From an uncultured Gemmatimonadota bacterium (GTDB taxonomy: Bacteria; JAAXHH01): a stretch of DNA of 64,000 nucleotides. Positions 56,542 through 64,000 of this stretch are shown in pieces. Below the pieces are notes generated by a model. It saw only the letters and a program-made list of their open reading frames with translations. It had not been told where the DNA came from and searched no databases. A program made the translations under genes and the position numbers. The stretch spans positions 3,712,001-3,776,000 of the forward strand of contig OX638340.1 in the NCBI GenBank assembly GCA_951812955.1, given 5' to 3'. Each line of letters starts with the position of its first letter. Position 1 is the stretch's first letter.

Positions 56542-58191
56542 ATCCACAAACGTATCTCATTCCTGGTATTACTTGCCGTTACCCTGATCGGCACAGTCCT
56601 TGTCTCCCCTACCATCAGGCTGTGGTTTTCTTCTCCCGAATCCATCGAAAGGCTTACGCCCGATGAAAGGAAAACGCTCTACGGCCAGTCCACGGTACCC
56701 GGTATCGACCTGGCGGGCGGATATAGGCTGACCGCCGGTCTGGATGTATCCCGTTTCACGGAAAGAGGCAGGATGAGGGCGGTGGAAAGCCTGGTCGAAA
56801 ACTGGCGCTTGCGCCTCAATGCATTCGGGATTTCCGAACCGGTCATCACCGCGCGGGGAAACGACGCTTTCGATATCGTCGTTCCCGTCAGTGTGGATAC
56901 CGGGCTCGCAGCCAGAATGATTCAGGAATCCGGGGCGATCACGCTGCATCTGTTCAAAGATGGCGCGGAAGTGCAGGCCTTGAGGCAGCGTGTAGACGAT
57001 GCCGTTCGTGAACGGGACCGGGACGCAACATCCGGGACTGACGCGCAGGAGCCGGCCGGAACAGGTGGATCGGCATCGGACGGACCCGGTGGGCTCAGCG
57101 CGTTGCTTGCGCGTATTACGGTGGAGGACGGAATCGGAGACATCGCGGTCAGGGAGGACAACCTGGATGCCGTAAAGGCCATGCTGGCCGATTCCACGGT
57201 ACTGGCCAGCATACGGGCCTTCAACCTGGCAAATCCTCCCGCCGGCGCCTTCGCGTGGGCATCAGAACCGGTGGAACGCGGCGGCAGCGTGTACCATCCG
57301 CTCTATTTCATCAACCAGGACGTGGATCTTAACGCCCAGCCCGTCGCTTCGGCCGTAGTCAGCGACGCTTCGGTAACGGCGGACCGGGGCGCTTACGCGG
57401 TACGCCTTTTCCTGCAGGACGAGGGCAGGGAGAGTCTGGCCAACCTCTCCAGTGCCAACGCGGGAAACCGCCTGGCCATCAAGATGAATGGACAGGTGTA
57501 CGTGACGCTGAGTATTCAGGGCAGAATACCCGACGGACGGATAGAGGTTCCCGGCGGCGATACCCTTGAAAAGGCACGCGCCCTGGCGGCCATCCTGGAA
57601 TCCGAAGCGCCTCCCGTGGCCGTCGCGCTCCTGGATCAGGCGGGAGTGGATATGCCCTCACCGTACGGAGACGGGATCGTGGACAGCGCATTCGGCGCCG
57701 CCGTGATTGGCATTGGATTGCTCGGCGCCTTGTTCGTGATCCGGTACCGGGCAGCCGGCTTGCTATTCATTGCGGGGATCCCGTACTTTCTGATCATGAC
57801 CGGAGCGATGCTGAGGCTGTGGAACATCGCCGGAATCGCGCCGTACTTCACGCTCGCCGGCGTGGTTGGATTACTCGCCGCGTTGCTTGTTTTCACCAGC
57901 GTGCATATCTGGATATTCGAGTACCTTCGGGCGGAAATCGGAACGGAGACTAAGGTCCGCCAGGACGTCATGACTACGCTCGAGAAGATCACGCCTGTCC
58001 TGGTCTGGACCCATGTCATGCTGCTGCTCGTCTCCGTGTGCCTGGTCGTGGTAGGCACCGACAGTGTCGTCAATTTCGGTCTCGTGTTGTTTTCCGGTGC
58101 GGCCGGCAGCCTGCTGACCTCGATCCTCTGGACGAACATGCTTCTGTCCTCCCTGGTGGCGGACTGGCAGATCAGAAAGTTGAGTATATGA
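56542..58191 (+). CDS. secD: protein-export membrane protein SecD (no canonical start codon; ATC at 56542 proposed)
   Basis: The frame is open from the pdxJ TAG (56491). It reads ...IHKRISFLVLLAVTLIGTVLV (N-terminal TM), PGIDLAGG, a periplasmic domain, and the C-terminal TM bundle with IFEYLRAEI...NFGLVLFSG, the SecD/F signature. No ATG/GTG/TTG in frame before the TM helix. An AAGGA RBS sits 8 nt before ATC 56542. Confidence 0.65.
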   Translation: MHKRISFLVLLAVTLIGTVLVSPTIRLWFSSPESIERLTPDERKTLYGQSTVPGIDLAGGYRLTAGLDVSRFTERGRMRAVESLVENWRLRLNAFGISEPVITARGNDAFDIVVPVSVDTGLAARMIQESGAITLHLFKDGAEVQALRQRVDDAVRERDRDATSGTDAQEPAGTGGSASDGPGGLSALLARITVEDGIGDIAVREDNLDAVKAMLADSTVLASIRAFNLANPPAGAFAWASEPVERGGSVYHPLYFINQDVDLNAQPVASAVVSDASVTADRGAYAVRLFLQDEGRESLANLSSANAGNRLAIKMNGQVYVTLSIQGRIPDGRIEVPGGDTLEKARALAAILESEAPPVAVALLDQAGVDMPSPYGDGIVDSAFGAAVIGIGLLGALFVIRYRAAGLLFIAGIPYFLIMTGAMLRLWNIAGIAPYFTLAGVVGLLAALLVFTSVHIWIFEYLRAEIGTETKVRQDVMTTLEKITPVLVWTHVMLLLVSVCLVVVGTDSVVNFGLVLFSGAAGSLLTSILWTNMLLSSLVADWQIRKLSI

Positions 58192-59039
58192 TGGAAAAGG
58201 GCCTCACCGCATTGTACGAAAAACTGATCGACCGCCCCGGGGTTGCCTACGCATTCGTCGTCATACTGGCCGTGTTGGGAATCGCAGCAACGGCTATGAA
58301 GAGGGAACACGCGGTCGACGAGGGCGTGGTGGCCTTGCTGCTGTCCGGCGACCTGCTCTACGGCCTGTTCGTGACCATGCTGATCGTGCTGGTCATCGTG
58401 GGCACCCGGATAGACGACCGGCCGGGTAAGAGCATCGCGGTGTCCCTGGGCGTATTGGCGGCGGGAAGCATCGTGCGTTTACTGCTCCCGTTTGCCCGAT
58501 CGATCGACTGGTTGGGAGAATGGAACGGGGTCATGCTAGGCATCATGATTATCACCCTTTACCTGGCGTTTCGCATAGGCGCCCGATTCGCCGTGACGGC
58601 GATGGGTTGCGCGCTATACGTCATGTTCGTCACGGCGGGAATCACCTTTGGACTGTTGGATAGAATTACGGTTTCGGGCATACTGGCGCTGATGGCCGTC
58701 GGAACGCTGGCGGTGGTGATGACCTTCCTGGGCTACAGTCAGGTCAGAAACCAGATAGAAACCGCGCGGCGTGACCCGGCCGGCCATTCCGTGCGTACCG
58801 GCATGTCGCGGGCCCTGCCCTTTCTGATCATGGCCGGCCTGGCCGTCCTGGTGGTCGCCGCTCCGCTGGCCATCGCCGCCGACGGTCCCCCGCGTGATTT
58901 CGGCCTCCTGCTGATGATCGGTGGTCCGGTAGGCGCCTGTGCGGCCCTGATGTCGGCGGTGCCTCTCGTATCCATGATGCAGAACGTACGGTTCGAGGTC
59001 GGGACGCCCCCCCGGCGCGGTGGACGCCGTCAGCGATAA
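58188..59039 (+). CDS. secF: SecF-like membrane protein (atypical: essentially no periplasmic P1 domain)
   Basis: The ATGA overlap with the secD stop indicates translational coupling. A C-terminal region resembling the SecF core is present (VRNQIETARRD...DFGLLLMIGGPVG). The hydrophilic loop after TM1 is only ~15 aa. Confidence 0.45.
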   Translation: MMEKGLTALYEKLIDRPGVAYAFVVILAVLGIAATAMKREHAVDEGVVALLLSGDLLYGLFVTMLIVLVIVGTRIDDRPGKSIAVSLGVLAAGSIVRLLLPFARSIDWLGEWNGVMLGIMIITLYLAFRIGARFAVTAMGCALYVMFVTAGITFGLLDRITVSGILALMAVGTLAVVMTFLGYSQVRNQIETARRDPAGHSVRTGMSRALPFLIMAGLAVLVVAAPLAIAADGPPRDFGLLLMIGGPVGACAALMSAVPLVSMMQNVRFEVGTPPRRGGRRQR

Positions 59040-59050
59040 GCGCCTGCCCA

Positions 59051-59190
59051 GCAGTGGTAAGTGCCCGCCGGCAACGGTGAGTGTCCTCCGGTAGCGGTAA
59101 GCGCCCGCCGGTAGCGGTAAGCGCCCGCCGGTAGCGGTAAGCGCCCGCCGGTAGTGGCAGTCTCCTGCCGGCAACGGTAAGTGCCCACCG
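59051..59190 (+). repeat. seven tandem copies of a 20-bp unit (consensus gtagcggtaagcgcccgccg) in secF-sulfatase intergenic region
   Basis: Units start at 59051, 59071, 59091, 59111, 59131, 59151 and 59171. The three central copies are identical and each unit ends ccg(g). Confidence 0.9.
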
Positions 59191-59221
59191 CGGAACCATG
59201 GCGCAGGCAGCCTGGAGTACC

Positions 59222-60733
59222 ATGGCCGATCAACCCAACATCCTCCTGATCCTGTCCGACCAGATGGTTGCCGCGCTGACCGGAACCTATGGACATCCCG
59301 TCGTCCGGACCCCTAACCTGGACAGACTGGCGGCAACCGGCGTGCGCTACGATGCCGCCTACACCGCCTTTCCGCTCTGCGCGCCCGGCAGGGCCTGCCT
59401 GATGACGGGAAGGCATGCTTCGGAAATCGGCGCCTGGGACAACGGCGCACTGCTGTCTGCGGACGAACCTACCTTTGCCCACTACCTGGCTCGTGCGGGT
59501 TACGATACCGTGCTGTCGGGCAAGATGCATTTTATCGGCCCGGACCAACTGCACGGATTCAGAAAGCGGCTGACCACCGACATATATTCCTCCGATTTCG
59601 ATTGGGTAAAGCCGGAATGGATCCGCCTGAAAGAAACCAGAGGGACGGACTTCGAGCAGGTCATGAGCAACCGACCGGCCTATAACGCGGCGGGGTACAC
59701 GGGCGACGGTGTGCGGATCGACGCCTGGCACGACGCTTTGAGTTACGACGAGGAAACCCATTTCCGCGCTATTGAATACCTGCGGGCCAGGAACTCCGGC
59801 GGGGAGGACGGCCCCTTTCTGCTCTGCGCGTCCTATCACCATCCGCACGAACCGTTCTGGCCGCCCGATGCCTACTGGAAACAGTATGAAGGGGCGGACA
59901 TCGACCTGCCCGTCTTTCCTGCCGACCTGGATGATCACCATTCCATGATGGACCTGAACCTCAACGCCTATCACGGTACCGGGTGTTACGATCTGCGGAA
60001 CGAAGAGGGCCTCTACCGGCTTCGCCGCGCCTATTACGCCCTGGTGAGCTACATGGACGACAAGGTCGGTGGCCTGCTGGACGCGCTCGACGAAACCGGA
60101 CTGGCTGAAAATACGGTGGTAGTCTTCGCCAGCGATCATGGCGACATGCTGTGCGAGCGGGGCATGGTTCAGAAACGCTGTTTCTACGAATGGTCCTGCC
60201 GGGTGCCCCTCATCGTTCGCTTTCCGGATGGATGGAGGGCGGGTACGACCTTTCCCGATCCCGTGTCGCTGATCGATCTTCTGCCTACGTTCTGCGATCT
60301 CGCGGGCGTTGAGGACCGGCTTCCCCACGACGGCCAAAGTCTCGTGTCAGCGGCCGCGGACGACGGGGACCGCGTGGTGTTCGCCCAGGCGCACGAGGCC
60401 GTGGGCATGCCCTGCATCATGGCGAGGCAGGGTCGGTACAAGTACCATTACATACACGGTTTCGCCCCTCGGCTTTTTGATCTGGACAACGATCCGGACG
60501 AATGGCATAATCTCTCGGGCGAGCACGCCGAGGACGAACACCGCCAGGTGGAAGCGCGTCTGCTCGGCCGGATCCTCGACCGGTTCGACCCGGATGCCAT
60601 TGCGGAGGAAAACCTGGACAGCCTTTACCGGCGGCGCCTGATCCGGGATACCATGTCGCGGTACGGACACACGTGGAGTCATGAGCCCGGTTTAGACCAC
60701 CGGAAGGGCGCCATGAAACAGTATTTGAGCTAG
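59222..60733 (+). CDS. sulfatase (choline-sulfatase/arylsulfatase family)
   Basis: PNILLILSDQ and the sulfatase signature C-A-P-G-R (LCAPGRACLMTGR; FGly-forming Cys), followed by GKMHF. No signal peptide, as for BetC-like enzymes. An ATG at 59198 is an alternative start. Confidence 0.85.
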   Translation: MADQPNILLILSDQMVAALTGTYGHPVVRTPNLDRLAATGVRYDAAYTAFPLCAPGRACLMTGRHASEIGAWDNGALLSADEPTFAHYLARAGYDTVLSGKMHFIGPDQLHGFRKRLTTDIYSSDFDWVKPEWIRLKETRGTDFEQVMSNRPAYNAAGYTGDGVRIDAWHDALSYDEETHFRAIEYLRARNSGGEDGPFLLCASYHHPHEPFWPPDAYWKQYEGADIDLPVFPADLDDHHSMMDLNLNAYHGTGCYDLRNEEGLYRLRRAYYALVSYMDDKVGGLLDALDETGLAENTVVVFASDHGDMLCERGMVQKRCFYEWSCRVPLIVRFPDGWRAGTTFPDPVSLIDLLPTFCDLAGVEDRLPHDGQSLVSAAADDGDRVVFAQAHEAVGMPCIMARQGRYKYHYIHGFAPRLFDLDNDPDEWHNLSGEHAEDEHRQVEARLLGRILDRFDPDAIAEENLDSLYRRRLIRDTMSRYGHTWSHEPGLDHRKGAMKQYLS

Positions 60734-60816
60734 AAGGGCGGGTCGAAGCGGTCCGACTTCTCGATTCGCGGATACGAATTCCTGCCTGAGAAGGCTCGCA
60801 GGCATCCAACTGGGGG

Positions 60817-61776
60817 TTGTTCATGTTGCGCGCAGGATTCATCGGCGCCGGGGGCCGTTCCCAGAGCGCCCACTACCCGGCGGTCGAGCGGTTGCCGGAC
60901 GTCGAAATGACCGCCGTGTGCGAACTGGACGAGACGCGCCTGGCGCAGGTTACCGAACGCTACGACTTTCCGCACGTGTACACGGACCATCGCGCCATGC
61001 TCTCGGAAGTGGAACTGGACGTGATCTACTGCGTCATGCATGAAAAATGGCTGCTCCAGCCCGCCCTCGACTGCCTTCGCGCGGGCAAGCATATTTTCAT
61101 GGAAAAACCTCCCGGCGCGAACAGCGGGGAGACGAGGCAGTTGATGGACGCCGCCGTGGAACACGACGTGTACGCCATGGTGGGATATCAACGACGTTTT
61201 ACCACGGTCGTCCGTGAAGCCATGCGGCGCATACGGGAAAGAGGTCCGGTCTCCCATGCCGTGACCACCTTCAACAAGAAACTGCTTTACGACAAGCAAC
61301 CGTACTCGACGACCCTGTGGGACGACGTGACCCATGTGGTGGACCTGCTGCGGTACATGGTGGGCAGCGAACCCGTCGAAGTGACCCGTTACCGGGACAA
61401 GTTTGAATCGGTCGCCTGGAATCACTACACGGCGCTGGTCCGTTTCGCCAGCGGCGCCACGGGCGTGGTATTCGGAAACCGCGCCTCCGGCGGCCGGGTG
61501 CTGAGCGCCGAACTGCACGGCGTGGGCATCGGCTGCTACATGAAGCTGCCCGAGGAAATCGACATCCGCGAGGACGATCGCCAGACTGTCCTGCAGGGCT
61601 GGGAGATCAACGGCGATGACGCGGAAGATTCGCCCCGTTACGAGGGAGCGCTCGCCATGCACGAGCACTTCGTGGATTCCGTGCGCAACCAGACCATCCC
61701 CGTCAGCGATCTTCGTGACGTCATACATACCATCCGTCTCGTGGACTGGATCGAATCGGGGTATCGTCCCGACTAG
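60817..61776 (+). CDS. Gfo/Idh/MocA-family oxidoreductase
   Basis: AGFIGAGGRSQSAHYPA Rossmann motif followed by EKP; alpha/beta C-terminal domain. Confidence 0.8.
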   Translation: MFMLRAGFIGAGGRSQSAHYPAVERLPDVEMTAVCELDETRLAQVTERYDFPHVYTDHRAMLSEVELDVIYCVMHEKWLLQPALDCLRAGKHIFMEKPPGANSGETRQLMDAAVEHDVYAMVGYQRRFTTVVREAMRRIRERGPVSHAVTTFNKKLLYDKQPYSTTLWDDVTHVVDLLRYMVGSEPVEVTRYRDKFESVAWNHYTALVRFASGATGVVFGNRASGGRVLSAELHGVGIGCYMKLPEEIDIREDDRQTVLQGWEINGDDAEDSPRYEGALAMHEHFVDSVRNQTIPVSDLRDVIHTIRLVDWIESGYRPD

Positions 61777-61822
61777 GGCGGCGTAGAATAGCGCGGCTAT
61801 CCAGTCCAATCAATGCCGACGC

Positions 61823-61890
61823 AAATGGCCTCAGCAGCGCACTGGCAATGGCCGCGGCAGCGCACCGAAAATGGCCGCGGCGCCCGGTCA
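61823..61890 (+). repeat. ~2.7 imperfect tandem repeats of 23 bp (aaatggccNNNgcagcgcac) upstream of HsdR_N gene
   Basis: Period-23 copies at 61823, 61846 and 61869. They overlap the upstream ATG of the track ORF. Confidence 0.7.
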
Positions 61891-61906
61891 CCAGACCCTT
61901 CGCATC

Positions 61907-62365
61907 ATGCAACGGCTCAATTTTCCGGATTACGCATTTGAAATCGAATCGGACGACGCGGGCCGCAGCGTCATTTTCGACGGGGTCCGGCGCAGGTTCG
62001 TTCGCCTGACACCCGAAGAATGGGTCAGGCAGCACCTGGTGCGCTACCTGGTCGAGGACCGGGGCTTCCCGGCAGGCTGGGCGGCCGTGGAAAAAGGCTT
62101 CCAGTACGCCGGCACAGCCGTTCGCGCCGACGTGATCATGCACGATCGGGACGGCCGGCCGGTCCTGATGGGAGAATGCAAGGCGCCTGAGGTTCGCATG
62201 ACCGAAGCCGTCTTCGAGCAACTGGCCCGGTACAATTCGGTCATCAACGCCCGGTACCTGGTGGCCACCAACGGCAAGACGCACTTCTGTTGCGAACACG
62301 AGGCCGGCGGCGGATACCGCTATCTTACGGAACTGCCCCGCTTCGAGAGTGCTAGAGGAGTCTGA
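61907..62365 (+). CDS. standalone HsdR_N (type I restriction enzyme R-subunit N-terminal, PD-(D/E)xK-like) domain protein
   Basis: ~150 aa with ...RADVIMHDRDGRPVLMGECKAPE..., a D...E-C-K nuclease-like core. Size and pattern match HsdR_N-only proteins. Confidence 0.55.
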   Translation: MQRLNFPDYAFEIESDDAGRSVIFDGVRRRFVRLTPEEWVRQHLVRYLVEDRGFPAGWAAVEKGFQYAGTAVRADVIMHDRDGRPVLMGECKAPEVRMTEAVFEQLARYNSVINARYLVATNGKTHFCCEHEAGGGYRYLTELPRFESARGV

Positions 62366-62367
62366 TC

Positions 62368-63171
62368 GTGGCGGAAGGACTGATACTCGCGGCCCGAGGA
62401 TCGTTGGAACAGCGGGTCGAAGCCCTGGAACAGGAGGGTTATGTCTTCTTCCCCGGTGTACTCTCCGGAGAAGAGGTCGCCGAACTGCGATGCGCCATCG
62501 ACCGGCTTGAAGCCCGTCCCGAAGAATACGACCGGCATACAAACCCCGAGACCCACGGGTTTCTGAACAAGTCCATCAACAATGTATTCAATCGCGACTC
62601 CGTATTCCTGTCCTTCCTGGACCGTCCGGACGTCATAGACGTGGTCGAAGCCGCCCATGGACCGGACTGTCACGTCATCGGCATGACGGCGTGGATGACG
62701 GGCCCCGGCCGGCCGGACCAGGGCATCCACGTGGACTGGCAGCCGCTGGAACTGCCCGAAGACGTCATGGACGATCCGCGAGTCGAGGTGCCCGTTTACA
62801 TCTCCACGGTTCACTATTACCTGGACGATCTCTACGAGGCCCTGGGACCCACCCAGTTCATTCCAGGCAGCCATCGGGCCGGCCGCGTACCCGCCACCGG
62901 GGAATCCGCCTGGCGCGGAGTCGAACCCCGCAGCATCATCTGCTCGGCCGGAGACGCCGTCCTGTTTCGCTGCGAGGTCTGGCACCGCGGGACGGCTAAC
63001 ACGAGCGACCGGGTGCGCTACCTGCTCCAGGTCCACTACGCACAGCGCATGATCACGCAGAAGTTCCCGCCCTACCTGAACCGGTTCCGGTTCGACCCGG
63101 TCATCCTGTCCCGCGCCACGGACCGCCAGCGCCGGCTGTTGGGCGAGCACGTGCAGGGCAATTACGACTGA
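62368..63171 (+). CDS. phytanoyl-CoA dioxygenase (PhyH) family Fe(II)/2-oxoglutarate oxygenase
   Basis: HxD (GIHVDW), a distal His (VWHRGTAN), and length and hydropathy of the PhyH family. GTG start 2 nt after the HsdR_N stop. Confidence 0.7.
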   Translation: MAEGLILAARGSLEQRVEALEQEGYVFFPGVLSGEEVAELRCAIDRLEARPEEYDRHTNPETHGFLNKSINNVFNRDSVFLSFLDRPDVIDVVEAAHGPDCHVIGMTAWMTGPGRPDQGIHVDWQPLELPEDVMDDPRVEVPVYISTVHYYLDDLYEALGPTQFIPGSHRAGRVPATGESAWRGVEPRSIICSAGDAVLFRCEVWHRGTANTSDRVRYLLQVHYAQRMITQKFPPYLNRFRFDPVILSRATDRQRRLLGEHVQGNYD

Positions 63172-63200
63172 TCCACGACATTCATTCAGGAGGAACCCAG

Positions 63201-64000
63201 ATGAAATTCATCAGATTCAGCGTCGTTTTCCTGTTCACAGCCGTTTTCGTTCTCCAGGCCGCCGCACAGACGCGAGAGCAGGGACCTTGGTGGCCCCATC
63301 CCATCTGGGGCAAGGACGACCAGTCGGGCGGCTCCAACTGGATAACGCCCGAAAAAGTGCTGAAGGCCCTGACCCTGGTCAAGACGGGCCAGATCTACGA
63401 AATCGGCCAGGTGTACAGCGCGGACATGCCTCTCTTCGGCGACCGGACCTATTCCATGGTAATGCCGGGGTCTCCCACGGGCGAACCCATGGGCGATAAC
63501 AACCTGGTCTATTACGACGAGTTCCTGGTGGCCGAAATCGGCCAGGTCGGCACGCAGTTCGACGGACCGGGCCACATCGGCGAGCGGATCACGATGGCGG
63601 ACGGAACGGAAAAGGACGTTTTCTACAACGGATTCACCAATGAGGAGATCAAGGGACCCTACGGACTCGCAAAGCTGGGCATCGAGCACATCGGACCCTT
63701 CATCACCCGGGGCATCCTGGTCGACGTGGCCGCGTTCAAGGGCGTTGAATCCCTCGACCACGGTTACGAGGTCACGGTGGCGGACGTCGAAGACGCGCTG
63801 CAGCGCCAGGGCATTGCGATGGAAAGTCTGGAGCCGGGAGACGCCTATTTCTTCCGTTACGGCTGGGCGCGGCACTGGAACGACCACGACAAGTACAACA
63901 CCGATCCCCCGGGCATCGGCATGGAAGTCGCCCGGTGGGTGGTCGAGAAGCAGGCTTCGATGATCGGTTCGGACCAGTGGACGACCGAGGTGGTGCCCAA
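63201..64000 (+). CDS. secreted cyclase-family protein (kynurenine formamidase-like, PF04199), 3' end beyond window
   Basis: Signal peptide MKFIRFSVVFLFTAVFVLQAAAQ, then ...DGPGHIGE... and ...HIGPFITRGILVDVA..., typical putative-cyclase motifs. Confidence 0.65.
   Translation, partial: MKFIRFSVVFLFTAVFVLQAAAQTREQGPWWPHPIWGKDDQSGGSNWITPEKVLKALTLVKTGQIYEIGQVYSADMPLFGDRTYSMVMPGSPTGEPMGDNNLVYYDEFLVAEIGQVGTQFDGPGHIGERITMADGTEKDVFYNGFTNEEIKGPYGLAKLGIEHIGPFITRGILVDVAAFKGVESLDHGYEVTVADVEDALQRQGIAMESLEPGDAYFFRYGWARHWNDHDKYNTDPPGIGMEVARWVVEKQASMIGSDQWTTEVVP

Noticed and set aside
59051-59190. Possible CRISPR-like array
   Set aside because: The units are contiguous 20-mers with no unique spacers, the repeat length is too short and there are no cas genes. 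It is classified as a simple tandem repeat.
58614-59223. Minus-strand ORFs (186 and 131 aa) with repeating LPLPAGAYRYRRALTATGG units
   Set aside because: Generated by the 20-bp x7 tandem repeat array plus antisense reading of secF. No independent coding signal.
1-64000. Mobile elements, prophage, integrons, rRNA/tRNA genes
   Set aside because: No transposase, integrase, recombinase or phage structural motifs were seen in any frame. No tRNA-like cloverleaf candidates were found in the intergenic regions inspected. The GC content is uniform apart from short AT-rich promoter regions.

Overview
This is a 64-kb, high-GC (~65%) chromosomal segment, almost certainly bacterial, with dense and mostly housekeeping gene content. 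Several markers point to a Bacteroidota/Rhodothermota-like (FCB-group) organism: a T9SS C-terminal sorting domain on a secreted metalloprotease, a SusC-like TonB-dependent receptor followed by a DUF4249 lipoprotein, and a DUF2851 gene. Promoters, however, are the classical sigma-70 type (TTGACA-N17-TATCnT). No rRNA, tRNA, CRISPR array, transposase or integrase was recognised.

Recognisable units:
- a minus-strand operon aminotransferase - DarA(c-di-AMP receptor-like) - Gfo/Idh/MocA oxidoreductase;
- polysaccharide deacetylase and miaA;
- a T9SS metalloprotease and a TlpA-like thioredoxin;
- a TPP-riboswitch-controlled thiO-thiS-thiG-thiE operon;
- an ECF sigma / zf-HC2 anti-sigma / RseB-like cluster, followed after a ~160-bp gap by a TolC-like protein and a large two-anchor VWA membrane protein, and preceded by an unusual HU-TPR fusion;
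- a TonB-dependent receptor with DUF4249;
- a DinG-like helicase;
- a translationally coupled ubiA-ubiE/menG-ubiX-nth block;
- a DUF2851 / small protein / highly acidic tandem-repeat HTH protein operon;
- plsC, a HAD hydrolase, a MetE-like gene and a GH5 enzyme;
- rdgB, rph, ptsN and purC;
- mfd, two SurA/parvulin PPIases, an S4 protein, a methyltransferase, holB, metG, tatD, rsmA and pdxJ;
- an atypical secD/secF pair;
- a sulfatase, a Gfo/Idh/MocA oxidoreductase, a standalone HsdR_N protein, a PhyH dioxygenase and a cyclase.

Observations worth a second look include non-coding tandem repeat arrays (20 bp x7, 16 bp x3.5, 23 bp x2.7), perfect 102-bp in-frame repeats, a secD gene lacking a canonical start codon, a frameshifted lipoprotein gene and short 30-32-bp duplications at gene ends.
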